NCBI GenBank assembly: GCA_026392045.1
Contig: JAPLCU010000018.1
Coordinates: forward strand, 5,417-69,416
From: Armatimonadota bacterium
GTDB taxonomy: Bacteria > Armatimonadota > UBA5829
Direction of reading: 5' to 3'
Length of the DNA: 64,000 bases
Numbering within the stretch: position 1 is the first letter of the stretch; each line of letters starts with the position of its first letter. Positions 51,070-60,708 of this stretch are shown here, piece by piece. Under the pieces are notes generated by a model. The model worked only from the letters and a program-made list of their open reading frames with translations, was not told the origin of the DNA and ran no database searches. The position numbers and the translations under genes were made by a program.

Positions 51070-52482
51070 TTGGACGATAATCAGGGATCGGCGATGGATT
51101 GCGGCAGCCGATCCACATATAAAGCACTGCAAAAGCGCATAAACGCAGCCGGTCTGTGGCGTATCCCAGGCGAGCCGGATGGTCAGCGCTCGCATCTCTT
51201 GGGGGCCGAGCCATTTTGCCTCAGCCAGGCGCAGGCCGAGCAGTTGGATAAGCTGGGCGAGGCGCTGCTGACGTTTTATAAGGCTTTCAACGACCTCTAC
51301 CTCAAAGCTCACCAAGCATGGGTGAACAGCTGCCTTGATATTGGCAAAGGCGATGATCTGCTGCGCCATGCCGCTATGAAATATCAGCGGCGGGCGCTGC
51401 CAGGCATTATTCGCCCTGATATTCTTATGACAAGCGACGGATTTGTGATCACTGAACTAGACAGCGTGCCCGGTGGGTTCGGTCATTTGGATTGCCTTTC
51501 CGCCGCTTATGAAGACGCTGGCTGGGAGTTGATCGGGTCCAAAAGGGGGATTCGGGACGGTTTCGCGGGGATGCTTAGGAGTTCATCGGCTGCGGATGAG
51601 CCCGTTTGCGCGATTGTTGTCTCGGACGAATCCGTGGATTATCTGCCTGAGATGACATATATTGCACGCGAGCTGCGCGAGGTTGGGCTGCGGGCGTATA
51701 CTGTTCGGCCCAAAGAAGTGTTGTTCACCGAGGACGGCCTGTTCATCGAACCTGGGGGTGAGCGGCTGCGGGTGGACGTTTTATATCGGTTTTTCGAGCT
51801 TTTCGATCTGCTCAATATTCCAAAGGCCGAACTATTTGCGTATGCAGCGAAAAAGAAGCAGGTGGTGGTAACCCCGCCGTATAAGCATTTCCTAGAGGAG
51901 AAAATGTTGCTGGCTATGCTTCACAGTGATGTGCTGAGGGCATATTGGCTTCAGGCATTAGGCCAGGAAAACTATGCGCTGCTGATCTCAACAACCGCGC
52001 CGACCTGGATCATGGACAATCGCCCCGTGCCGCCGCATGCCCAGATTTCGGGGTTCCGGTGGCGGGGAAACCCCATCAGGGACTGGCGAGAGATTGCATC
52101 GGCCACACAAAAAGAGCGCGCGTTGGTATTGAAACCATCGGGGTTTTCGCCGCTCGCCTGGGGCGCGAGGGGGGTCAAGGTCGGTCACGATATGCCGGAG
52201 GTGGAATGGGCGCAGGCGGTGGAAATGGCGTTGGCAAGTTTTGATAATGCGCCGTATGTGCTGCAGCCGTTTCATGATACGGCCCTTTTCGGGGTAAATT
52301 ATTTCGGAGAATCGGCAGACGATATTCGGGAGATGAGCGCGCGCGTGAGGCTTTGCCCTTATTACTTCGTGGAGAATGATGGCGCCAAACTTGGCGGGGC
52401 GCTCGCCACCGCTTGCCCGAAGAACAAGAAATTGATACATGGCATGGCGGACGCTGTGATGGTCCCCTGCCGTGTCGGTTAG
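51070..52482 (+). CDS. Circularly permuted ATP-grasp / glutathionylspermidine-synthase-like ligase
   Basis: IIRPDIL, ITELDSVPGG, LYRFFE, LVLKPSG..AWGARGV, YVLQPF, RLCPYY. Confidence 0.7.
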   Translation: MDDNQGSAMDCGSRSTYKALQKRINAAGLWRIPGEPDGQRSHLLGAEPFCLSQAQAEQLDKLGEALLTFYKAFNDLYLKAHQAWVNSCLDIGKGDDLLRHAAMKYQRRALPGIIRPDILMTSDGFVITELDSVPGGFGHLDCLSAAYEDAGWELIGSKRGIRDGFAGMLRSSSAADEPVCAIVVSDESVDYLPEMTYIARELREVGLRAYTVRPKEVLFTEDGLFIEPGGERLRVDVLYRFFELFDLLNIPKAELFAYAAKKKQVVVTPPYKHFLEEKMLLAMLHSDVLRAYWLQALGQENYALLISTTAPTWIMDNRPVPPHAQISGFRWRGNPIRDWREIASATQKERALVLKPSGFSPLAWGARGVKVGHDMPEVEWAQAVEMALASFDNAPYVLQPFHDTALFGVNYFGESADDIREMSARVRLCPYYFVENDGAKLGGALATACPKNKKLIHGMADAVMVPCRVG

Positions 52483-52525
52483 CGCCATTCTCTGCACTCT
52501 TGCGGAGAGATAAAGTGAGGAAATT

Positions 52526-53452
52526 ATGCTTGAAAAGGTATCCGATCATATTGAATCTCTGATGGTTTATGAAGAAGCTATCCGCCGCCAGTTTGAGATT
52601 AGCAAAGAAGAACTGGCTCAGGATTTGCAGGGCAATTGCGACCCGCTGCATGAAGATGAATATGAAGTTGCGCCGGGGATGATCAACAAATACGGCAACC
52701 GTGTACTTTGTCTGCTCACGGCTGAGTGCGCCGCTTATTGCCGGTTTTGCACCCGTCGGAGGCTCGTTTCAAACAGCGGGCAGGGGCATGTGGATCGCGC
52801 ACAAGTCAACATGTGGGCCGAGTATCTTTCGCGGCATCCTGAAGTGAGCGAAGTCATTCTTTCCGGCGGCGACCCGTTTATTGTGGATAATTGCATGTTC
52901 GGTTATGTGCTCAATACTCTGTCGGAAGTCGAGTCCATTAAGGTTTTACGGATTGGCACTCGCGCGCCTGTCAGCGACCCTTCGTTGATCAGCTGCTGCA
53001 AACTCGGCGCTATTCAGAGGGTGGAGCAGCCGGTATATGTTGGGATTCATTTCGAGCACCCGACGGAGATCACGCATCGGACCGTCAAAAGCATCAAGGA
53101 CCTCATTTCCGCCGGGGCGATACTGTATTCTCAGTCGGTTTTCTTGAAGGGTGTAAATGACGACTACGAGACGCTTTATGAGCTCTTTTCTCGGCTTGTA
53201 GAGATTGGGGTGAGGCCGTATTACATTTACAGATGCGACCCTGTGCCGGGCGCGATGCATTTCATTGTGGAACCGTATATTGAGCGACAGATTATGACCC
53301 GGTTGCGCCGTAATCTTTCCGGTCTTGCCTGCCCGACCTATGTCATTGATTCGCCCGATGGCATCGGAAAAGTGCCTGTGCCATTGGATTTTTGGGACGG
53401 CGACAAGGCAACCTATACCGATTTTGAGGGTAAGAGACACTATATAGAGTGA
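52526..53452 (+). CDS. KamA-family radical SAM aminomutase (short form)
   Basis: KYGNRVL, CAAYCRFCTRR, LSGGDP, QSVFLKGVND, PYY, SGLACPTYVID..GIGK. Confidence 0.9.
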   Translation: MLEKVSDHIESLMVYEEAIRRQFEISKEELAQDLQGNCDPLHEDEYEVAPGMINKYGNRVLCLLTAECAAYCRFCTRRRLVSNSGQGHVDRAQVNMWAEYLSRHPEVSEVILSGGDPFIVDNCMFGYVLNTLSEVESIKVLRIGTRAPVSDPSLISCCKLGAIQRVEQPVYVGIHFEHPTEITHRTVKSIKDLISAGAILYSQSVFLKGVNDDYETLYELFSRLVEIGVRPYYIYRCDPVPGAMHFIVEPYIERQIMTRLRRNLSGLACPTYVIDSPDGIGKVPVPLDFWDGDKATYTDFEGKRHYIE

Positions 53453-53496
53453 TGGCGGCCGCATCGGAGATTGCGCCGAACATAGGAGGAAATGCC

Positions 53497-53739
53497 ATGC
53501 TTAAACTTTATCAGGCTGAATGGTGCCCTTATTGCGCTAGTGTGCGCTCTAAAATGACCGCGCTCGGGATCACCTATATAAATATCAATGTGCCGCGGGC
53601 TAAGGCTGATCGGAAGGAATTGACCGAAATATCCGGTCAGGCTGGGATTCCGACGCTTGTCACGGAGGATGGCACGGTGATCGCCAATGACGATGAGGCC
53701 ATTAATAAATATCTTGAGGATAATTACGCCAAAGCCTAG
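53497..53739 (+). CDS. Glutaredoxin-like protein
   Basis: WCPYC, SGQAGIPTLV; AGGAGG RBS. Confidence 0.9.
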   Translation: MLKLYQAEWCPYCASVRSKMTALGITYININVPRAKADRKELTEISGQAGIPTLVTEDGTVIANDDEAINKYLEDNYAKA

Positions 53740-53930
53740 CAGGGCGCGGATAAAGTCACAGTGATATACTTCGGGACTGTTTTTCGTCCCGAAGTGTGAG
53801 GTTCTCAAGCGTGCTTCGGGGCGAAAAGGGAGCCCACGAAGCATAGTCCGGCTGATTAGCAGACTTTATCCGGAGGCTGCTAGCCTGATATATTTCATAG
53901 ACAACAATCTTTTACAGAGGTAGATGATAG

Positions 53931-56378
53931 GTGATTTTTGCTCAAACTCTCGATGGCGCCTGGAAGCTCAGACGGGTGGGATCTAAGAGTGCATTCAAGG
54001 CTCATGTGCCGGGCAGCGTGCATTTGGACCTGATGCGCGCGAAAAAGATCGAGGACCCGTTTGTCGGTGATAACGAGTTCGCGGTCTCGTGGGTGCATGA
54101 GTGCGATTGGGAATACAGCAGGACGTTTGAGGCTGATCCTGAACTCTTGAAAGGCAACCGCATCTTCCTGGAATGCGAGGGGTTGGATACGTTCGCCCAG
54201 ATATCGCTGAATGGCGCACCTCTTGGGGCAACGGATAATATGTATGTCTCGCATCGCTTCGATGTGAGCAAAAAGCTGATTCCGGGCCAAAACGAGCTGA
54301 AAATCACTTTTCAATCGCCTGTGAACTACGTAAAGCCGCTGTTGGAACAGGACCCGCTGCACAGTCCTGGTGATTCGCTGCCGGGCGCAAGCTACACGCG
54401 CAAGTCACCCTCGCAGTGGGGTTGGGATTGGGGACCTAAACTGCCCACCAGCGGCATTTGGAAGCCTATTCGGCTCGCTGCATATAGCATCGCGAGAATA
54501 GATGATATTCGGGTGCAGCAGAAGCATGGGCGCAGCGGAAGCGTGGCGCTGGATGTGCTGGTAACGCTTGAAAGGTATAAGCGCACGTCTTGCGGGATAG
54601 AAATAACGCTCACACACCCGGATGGCCATGTCGAGGCGAAACACTGCAAGGCCATCGGCGCCAATGCGAAGCGCTCGATCAATATTGATAAACCCGAGTT
54701 GTGGTGGCCAAACGGCTATGGAGATCAGCCGCTTTATACCCTGGAAGCGAGTATAATTTGTGATGACCGGCCGCTTGGAACTCTCAAACGCCGAATAGGC
54801 CTGCGCACCATAAGGCTCGAACAGAGGAAAGACAACCACGGCCGCAGCTTTACTTTCATCGTAAACGGCGTCAAACTCTTCTGCAAGGGAGCCGATTGGA
54901 TTCCGGCAGACCAGTTCCCCGCGCGAGTCACAGAAGAGCATTATCGGCACCTCATCTCCAGCGCCGCAAAGGCAAACATGAACATGCTCCGCGTTTGGGG
55001 CGGAGGTATTTATGAGAACGACGTTTTCTATGATCTCTGCGACGAATACGGCGTGCTGATCTGGCAGGATTTTATGTTCGCCTGCTCGATGTATCCCGTC
55101 AATAAAGAGTTTCTGGCTAATGTCGAACGCGATGTGGGGCATAACATAGTTCGCCTGCGTGATCATGCGTGCCTTGCGCTGTGGTGCGGGAACAACGAAA
55201 TGGAATGGTTCCTGGCGGATCGCTGGGGAGGCGACAAGAACGCTCTGCGGCGAAAGCAGTATTCCAAGATTTTCCATGAGCTGATACCCTCGATTGTGAA
55301 CAAACTTGATCCCGCAACTGCGTATTGGCCAAGCTCTCCTGCATCGCATCAGCCTTTCGATAAGCCGAACGACCAGAGCAGCGGCGATGGACACTATTGG
55401 GACGTCTGGCACGGTCGGTTGCCATTCACCGCCTACCGAACCCAGTATCACAGGTTTATGAGCGAGTTCGGGTTTGAATCATTGCCATCGTATGAGACTT
55501 GCAAAGCCTTTGCCGGCGGCGATGATTTGAATATTACCAGCTATGTCATGGAGCGCCATCAGAAAAACAGCGCCGGAAATGGTCTGATTTTGCATTATCT
55601 GGCGCAGACATTTAGAATGCCCAAGAACTTTGAGATGATGTGCTATGTCAGCCAATTATTGCAGGCTGAGGCGATGCGTTATGGCGTGGAACACTGGCGA
55701 CGCCACCGCGGCAGGTGCATGGGCGCGTTGTATTGGCAGTTTAACGATTGCTGGCCCGTTTGCAGTTGGTCCAGCATAGATTATTACGGCAGATGGAAAG
55801 CGCTGAACTACGCGGCAAAGCGTTTCTACTCGCCGATAATGCTCTCCGTCTGCGAAGAAGGCGCTCACGCGCAGATTCATGTGACCAACGACACGACCGA
55901 AGCTGCGAAGATAGAAGTGCGATGGTCGCTGGAACGCCTGGACGGCAAAGTGATCAGAAAGAGCAAGATAAAAACTATCATTGACGCCGAGCAAAGCAAG
56001 AATTTAGCCGATCTTGATTTCAGCGACGACCTCATCGACGATGACATCAGGCAGGCGGTATTGGTTCATGAACTGCTCGTAAATGGCAAGCACGCCAGCA
56101 TCGGCATGACATCGTTTGTGCCCAGCAAGCACCTCGATCTGCCTGCAACTAAGATTATGGTGAAACCCAAAACAGACGAAAACGGCGCTTATCTTGAAGT
56201 AACTTCGGAAAAGACAGCGCGGTTTGTGTGGTTGGCGATACCCAGGCACGACGTTATCTTCTCGGATAATTACTTCGATCTTCCTGCGGGAAGAAAGGTG
56301 ATAGTGCGAATAGACGGGGCCGTCAGCCCATCGGCTTTGTCTAAGGTGAAGGCTTTTTCATTGAGGGATTCTTATTAA
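53931..56378 (+). CDS. GH2 beta-mannosidase
   Basis: WGWDWGP, LWWPNGYG, MLRVWGGG, WQDF, WCGNNE, FMSEFG, YWQFND. Confidence 0.93.
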   Translation: MIFAQTLDGAWKLRRVGSKSAFKAHVPGSVHLDLMRAKKIEDPFVGDNEFAVSWVHECDWEYSRTFEADPELLKGNRIFLECEGLDTFAQISLNGAPLGATDNMYVSHRFDVSKKLIPGQNELKITFQSPVNYVKPLLEQDPLHSPGDSLPGASYTRKSPSQWGWDWGPKLPTSGIWKPIRLAAYSIARIDDIRVQQKHGRSGSVALDVLVTLERYKRTSCGIEITLTHPDGHVEAKHCKAIGANAKRSINIDKPELWWPNGYGDQPLYTLEASIICDDRPLGTLKRRIGLRTIRLEQRKDNHGRSFTFIVNGVKLFCKGADWIPADQFPARVTEEHYRHLISSAAKANMNMLRVWGGGIYENDVFYDLCDEYGVLIWQDFMFACSMYPVNKEFLANVERDVGHNIVRLRDHACLALWCGNNEMEWFLADRWGGDKNALRRKQYSKIFHELIPSIVNKLDPATAYWPSSPASHQPFDKPNDQSSGDGHYWDVWHGRLPFTAYRTQYHRFMSEFGFESLPSYETCKAFAGGDDLNITSYVMERHQKNSAGNGLILHYLAQTFRMPKNFEMMCYVSQLLQAEAMRYGVEHWRRHRGRCMGALYWQFNDCWPVCSWSSIDYYGRWKALNYAAKRFYSPIMLSVCEEGAHAQIHVTNDTTEAAKIEVRWSLERLDGKVIRKSKIKTIIDAEQSKNLADLDFSDDLIDDDIRQAVLVHELLVNGKHASIGMTSFVPSKHLDLPATKIMVKPKTDENGAYLEVTSEKTARFVWLAIPRHDVIFSDNYFDLPAGRKVIVRIDGAVSPSALSKVKAFSLRDSY

Positions 56379-56444
56379 ATAGGGGGCAGTATCGGGAAAG
56401 GGGTTTCCCGATACAACGAACCATCCCATAAGCTCAATGCACCA

Positions 56445-56524
56445 AGGCCACACTTCGCCATCCTGAGGCCACACTTCGCCATCCTGAGGCCACACTTCGC
56501 CATCCTGAGGCCACTCGAAGGATG
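56445..56524 (+). repeat. 3 x 21-bp tandem repeat ending in a hairpin
   Basis: AGGCCACACTTCGCCATCCTG x3 then AGGCCACTCGAAGGATG. Confidence 0.95.
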
Positions 56525-56951
56525 AGCAGCATGATAAGCCATCAAACTTAGTCTTTTTGTGTGCAAATAGTTTTATCCCACAAAACGAAATGGTCGCTGA
56601 GCGTGAATTGAGCTGATTTCGTTCCTTCCAAAACAGCGAAATTCGGGTCTAAAAAGTGCAAAACAAAATGCCTTGAGCACCCCCTTTATTTGCGCCAAAA
56701 TAATTTGCCTCTCATGTACTAGACAACGAGAATGCCCATATTTGGCCTAATTTCCGGTATATTTCAGTTAAATCTCGTTCACATGTTGTGGGCGGCGAGA
56801 TTTTAAGCTCCTGAACCACTGAGACACTGAGGGGAATGAATGGGATGAAACTTGGATTGGGGGGTTTATCTGTGTAGTGAGGGGTTTCGGGAAAAGGGTT
56901 TCCCGAAACAATTAACAATTAACAGTATAAAAAAAGGGACATCTATTTTAC

Positions 56952-58481
56952 CTAATCAAAAAGAGCTGGCTGAACCGCACGGCGTTTTGCACCATACCTA
57001 CCACTTACTTCTCTAAGGTATACAAACTCAGCAAGGCGTTCCTCACAACCCAGTTCTTGAGCCAGAGCTCTGATATCCAAGCGACGCAAGAGATCAACAG
57101 TAATAGGACGTTTTGAATCACGGAAAAGAAGTGAGCTATAAAACTCCTGTGAAGGTTCTGAAGATAACAGATGCAAAAGCAAGTTTGCCTCCTCCTCAGT
57201 ATCGCATGCCAAGAAATAGCAGGTATCATCCATAACAGACGGCTTGCTCTCAAATGATGGTACTATACGGAATGCCAATCTCTTATAGAGACCGGAGACG
57301 GCGACCTTCCACGGACCAAAGGTATAATCACCTACACCAAATACGGCAAACCGCGGCTGATGCTTGTATATGGTACTTCGCCGGTTCTCCATTTGGACCC
57401 CGTGGCTTTCAAGGTAGGCCCACGTCTTCGGAGCTAGCTGTCTGATAACATGCGTATCATCGCCAACTCTTCTTTGCGGCACCAGTAGATAACGCTTCGG
57501 TGCGTCGATTCGGTCATTGGCAATATCGGAGCTCTTAAACAAAGGAAACAAGTAGGTGTCCTCTATTTCTACACGCTCATGCATTCCGTTAATGTAGCCC
57601 GTTGATGTAGGTTTAAGCTCCATAACTGCCGAACAATCATGCTTTATGCCAGACCGCCAGCGAAATGGGCTGTGACCTGACAAGCTACGCCAATGAAGAT
57701 ACCTGTCCACATCTGCGACTATTTGACCATCAATGTAGCCAATCTTGCTTCCACTATTGTGTTTAGACAAATTTGGATAGACGACACATGTATCACAATT
57801 ACTGGCAGGAGCAAGAACACAGACTAGCAGGCATGCATCAACGGAAACACCAAAACTAGCTTGCGCATCAATCAGATGCATGCTGGCTGACTGAATCTGA
57901 ATACCAGAACGCCAAGCGTAAGCGAGAACCTTTCTGGCCACGGAAGTTTTGCACAACATGGCGAGAACAGCATTATGCTCTGAGAGCCAATCAAGAAGGC
58001 GAATCAGCATCCACTCAGAAATGTCAAAGTTGCTCTTTCCAGATATTGCTTCGTAACCAGATACCCCATCCGCATTGGATTTGTCTGGCGAGTTCAGGCT
58101 GCCAAGTTTACTCAGGTGTGTGTTAGTGACCCAAGGCGGATTACCAACTACCAAAATAGGAGTAGCACAATCCATTAGAAACTGCTTCCAGTTGGTGGAA
58201 AAGAAATCGCCTTGTGTCAGATCAGCAGTCGGGCATTCCAGTTCAACACGTTGCTGAGCCTTCGCTACATATTCCGGGTTAATATCCACACCAAAAGCCT
58301 GCTTAGTGGTGGGAAACGCCTTGAGGGCGGCAACAAGGAGATTGCCAACACCACATGTCGGCTCAACAATTGTGGCCGGGCATGGAATGGATTCTGCAAG
58401 TAACCGGCATACGGCCTCCGCAAGCTGTGGCGGCGTCTGAAAGTCACCGAATTCTGCGATCTGTTTTCTGTCATTCAGCAT
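56952..58481 (-). CDS. Type II amino-DNA methyltransferase (gamma-type motif order)
   Basis: GDFQTP, EPTCGVGN (SAM binding), VGNPPW (catalytic). Confidence 0.9.
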   Translation of the reverse strand: MLNDRKQIAEFGDFQTPPQLAEAVCRLLAESIPCPATIVEPTCGVGNLLVAALKAFPTTKQAFGVDINPEYVAKAQQRVELECPTADLTQGDFFSTNWKQFLMDCATPILVVGNPPWVTNTHLSKLGSLNSPDKSNADGVSGYEAISGKSNFDISEWMLIRLLDWLSEHNAVLAMLCKTSVARKVLAYAWRSGIQIQSASMHLIDAQASFGVSVDACLLVCVLAPASNCDTCVVYPNLSKHNSGSKIGYIDGQIVADVDRYLHWRSLSGHSPFRWRSGIKHDCSAVMELKPTSTGYINGMHERVEIEDTYLFPLFKSSDIANDRIDAPKRYLLVPQRRVGDDTHVIRQLAPKTWAYLESHGVQMENRRSTIYKHQPRFAVFGVGDYTFGPWKVAVSGLYKRLAFRIVPSFESKPSVMDDTCYFLACDTEEEANLLLHLLSSEPSQEFYSSLLFRDSKRPITVDLLRRLDIRALAQELGCEERLAEFVYLREVSGRYGAKRRAVQPALFD

Positions 58482-58485
58482 AATC

Positions 58486-59142
58486 TTAGAGCAACCTCGA
58501 AATTCCTTCGATAGCCCCTGCTTCTCTGATCACTCTCCCATATTGCAGCCGCCACTGCAACGCATTGGATATCGTGAGATATCCTTGTACAGGTGGCCCT
58601 TGGATTAGCAGGTCTGCGGCGATATTGTGCGCCTCGATATCATCCACTAGCAGGAAACGATCATTCAGAAACGCCACAATATCCGCTTCATCCGCGCCGT
58701 TCGCTAGAATCTGCCTCAACCCCAGCGTCATCTGATAATCGGCGGTTCTAGTTGCATCAACAAAAATCGTGTGCTGGATGTTTAGGATGCCGGTTTGTGT
58801 TTGTGCATCGTCTGTCTTCTCATAGACGAATACAAGAAGTGAGTATCCTAGTCCAAAGATCTTCTGGCGCGCAGACTTGTATGGACAGGATGATTGAGGC
58901 TGTGTAATGCTTGTGGTTTTAACATCAATTTGCAGGTCCGGAAAATCGATGCCCTTGGCGGCGTTACTTACAACAAAGTCATATTTTTGGCTCAGATACA
59001 TCCTAAACTTAGCCTCAAAATACGTTCCCACTGCTTTTCCATCCGTGACACCATATAGGGCCGGCTCGGGATGTGCAGATTCGAGTTTGGCAAATTTCGC
59101 TGCGTGATCGAGCAACAGGTCAATGGTCAACGAAGGTAGCAT
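58486..59142 (-). CDS. Type II restriction endonuclease
   Basis: GIDFPDLQIDVKTT PD-(D/E)xK-like motif; directly upstream of the MTase. Confidence 0.8.
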   Translation of the reverse strand: MLPSLTIDLLLDHAAKFAKLESAHPEPALYGVTDGKAVGTYFEAKFRMYLSQKYDFVVSNAAKGIDFPDLQIDVKTTSITQPQSSCPYKSARQKIFGLGYSLLVFVYEKTDDAQTQTGILNIQHTIFVDATRTADYQMTLGLRQILANGADEADIVAFLNDRFLLVDDIEAHNIAADLLIQGPPVQGYLTISNALQWRLQYGRVIREAGAIEGISRLL

Positions 59143-59222
59143 TATTTTAAGTCTCCAGTTATTCGTATGAGTTTCTTTATTATTATATCAGGCAACCGGT
59201 CATTCTTACTAATTCGGGCAAA

Positions 59223-59554
59223 TTGCAGGTGAGCAAGGTCGCGAAACCGATACTCACGCCCATTTCGCCCGATAAAGAATCCGAAATCCGCTCGGAGATT
59301 TCAGACAAACCGGCTATGATCATCTTCGACAACCCGACGGAAACCGATTTCCATATCTTCAAGCTGGACGAAAACGGCGAGCGCCAAAACCCGCACCACC
59401 GAGCACGAAGGCAGCGCCACACTGCACGCAGGCAACCGAGACGGCCACGAAAACCTTCGTAGGCAGCGCCTGGCTGGTAGCCGACATGCAGGGCAAAGCC
59501 CTCAGCATCTACATAACGCAAGAGCAGCCGGGTAAGGTAATTTTGGGGAGCTGA
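59223..59554 (+). pseudogene. Frameshifted remnant resembling a VHL beta-domain protein
   Basis: RS...IIFDNPT...FKLDENGER in one frame, TFVGSAWLVADMQG...ILGS* in another. Confidence 0.45.
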
Positions 59555-59755
59555 AAGTGGAGAGTGGAGAGCTTGTTCTTGGGAGGGCGAAGGTCCCCCT
59601 GAGCCATTTCTCTTCGCAGCTACAAGGCTCGGAGGGAGCCTCGCCCTCCCGTTTTTGCCAAAAAAATTGAATGCTGCGGGAACTTTTTATTGTGCTAAAT
59701 TGGAAATTCTGAGATTTCGGTGTGTCGGGAAACTTGTTCCTGACACCGTATCAGC

Positions 59756-60505
59756 CTAGTTGTTCAGTAAATCAGTTAATGGCCGATATTTACCATCGCT
59801 GGGCAACTCTTCCTCTACCACTGTTCCTTTAGCACGATACACCCGGTAACCATGTGCATTCTCCCGTGAGCAAATTACTCGAAATGACAAGTCTACTATC
59901 TCCACTGCGCAGCAGTTATCGAGCGCTATGGCGACGCCGGGTGTTTTCTTCATCATCTCGTGCAGCTTAGGCCTTCTGTCCAACTCGACATCGTAATGAG
60001 GACAAAGGCCAGCGTTGTGTAGATTCATGCCTCCAACGCGTATCAAGCTCGCATTAGGGTCAGAAAACTTATGGGAATCTGAACACCCGAATCGGAACCA
60101 ACATATAGCGCCTGAGCTAAGACCTGACAAAACAATCCCCTTGTCCCACGCATTGCGAAGAACCTCATCTACACCCAAGCGGCGCCAGATACGCATCATC
60201 CGCGCTGTATTACCCCCACCGACATAAACTATATCCGACCCAAGAATCTTCTCTTCTATTTCCTGCTTGCCAGGTTTTGCATTAATCAGATGCAGTACGT
60301 CTGTATTGCAGCCCAGGCCCTCACCAAAATGCTTTCGAAAACAGTCAAAATACATATCGGAGTCCCCACTAGCCGTAGGTAGTAACATTGCTTTCGGTTT
60401 AGATTTGCCAGTAAGTGCAATGATTTTTCGGTCGATCTCAGTTGTCTCTATTGGGTAGCCGGGTCTGCCTATCTCACCCCCGCCAATAGCAACCAGCTTT
60501 CGCAT
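59756..60505 (-). CDS. Peptidase S51 (dipeptidase E-like)
   Basis: LVAIGGG, LPTASGD, YVGGGNT, GLSSGAICW, CPHY. Confidence 0.88.
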   Translation of the reverse strand: MRKLVAIGGGEIGRPGYPIETTEIDRKIIALTGKSKPKAMLLPTASGDSDMYFDCFRKHFGEGLGCNTDVLHLINAKPGKQEIEEKILGSDIVYVGGGNTARMMRIWRRLGVDEVLRNAWDKGIVLSGLSSGAICWFRFGCSDSHKFSDPNASLIRVGGMNLHNAGLCPHYDVELDRRPKLHEMMKKTPGVAIALDNCCAVEIVDLSFRVICSRENAHGYRVYRAKGTVVEEELPSDGKYRPLTDLLNN

Positions 60506-60708
60506 TTGATGATCCTCCAAAATGTGGCATATCCTTTGACTTCGCAATTGAATGCTGCGGGAACTCTTGATTGTGCTAAATTTAAAACTCTGAGATTTCA
60601 GCCGTTTCCGCAGCATACAAGGACTCGCCACCTTCGGTGGCGGCATCGGCAGCAGGCTACCGATGCAACCAAGCCCTCCATTCCGGGCTTTCCGCTTTCA
60701 GCTTTCAG

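Noticed and set aside
56375-56566. ORF with repeated GLRMAKC peptide as a RiPP precursor
   Set aside because: It is the translation of a 21-bp tandem of a REP arm; no RBS or modifying enzymes nearby
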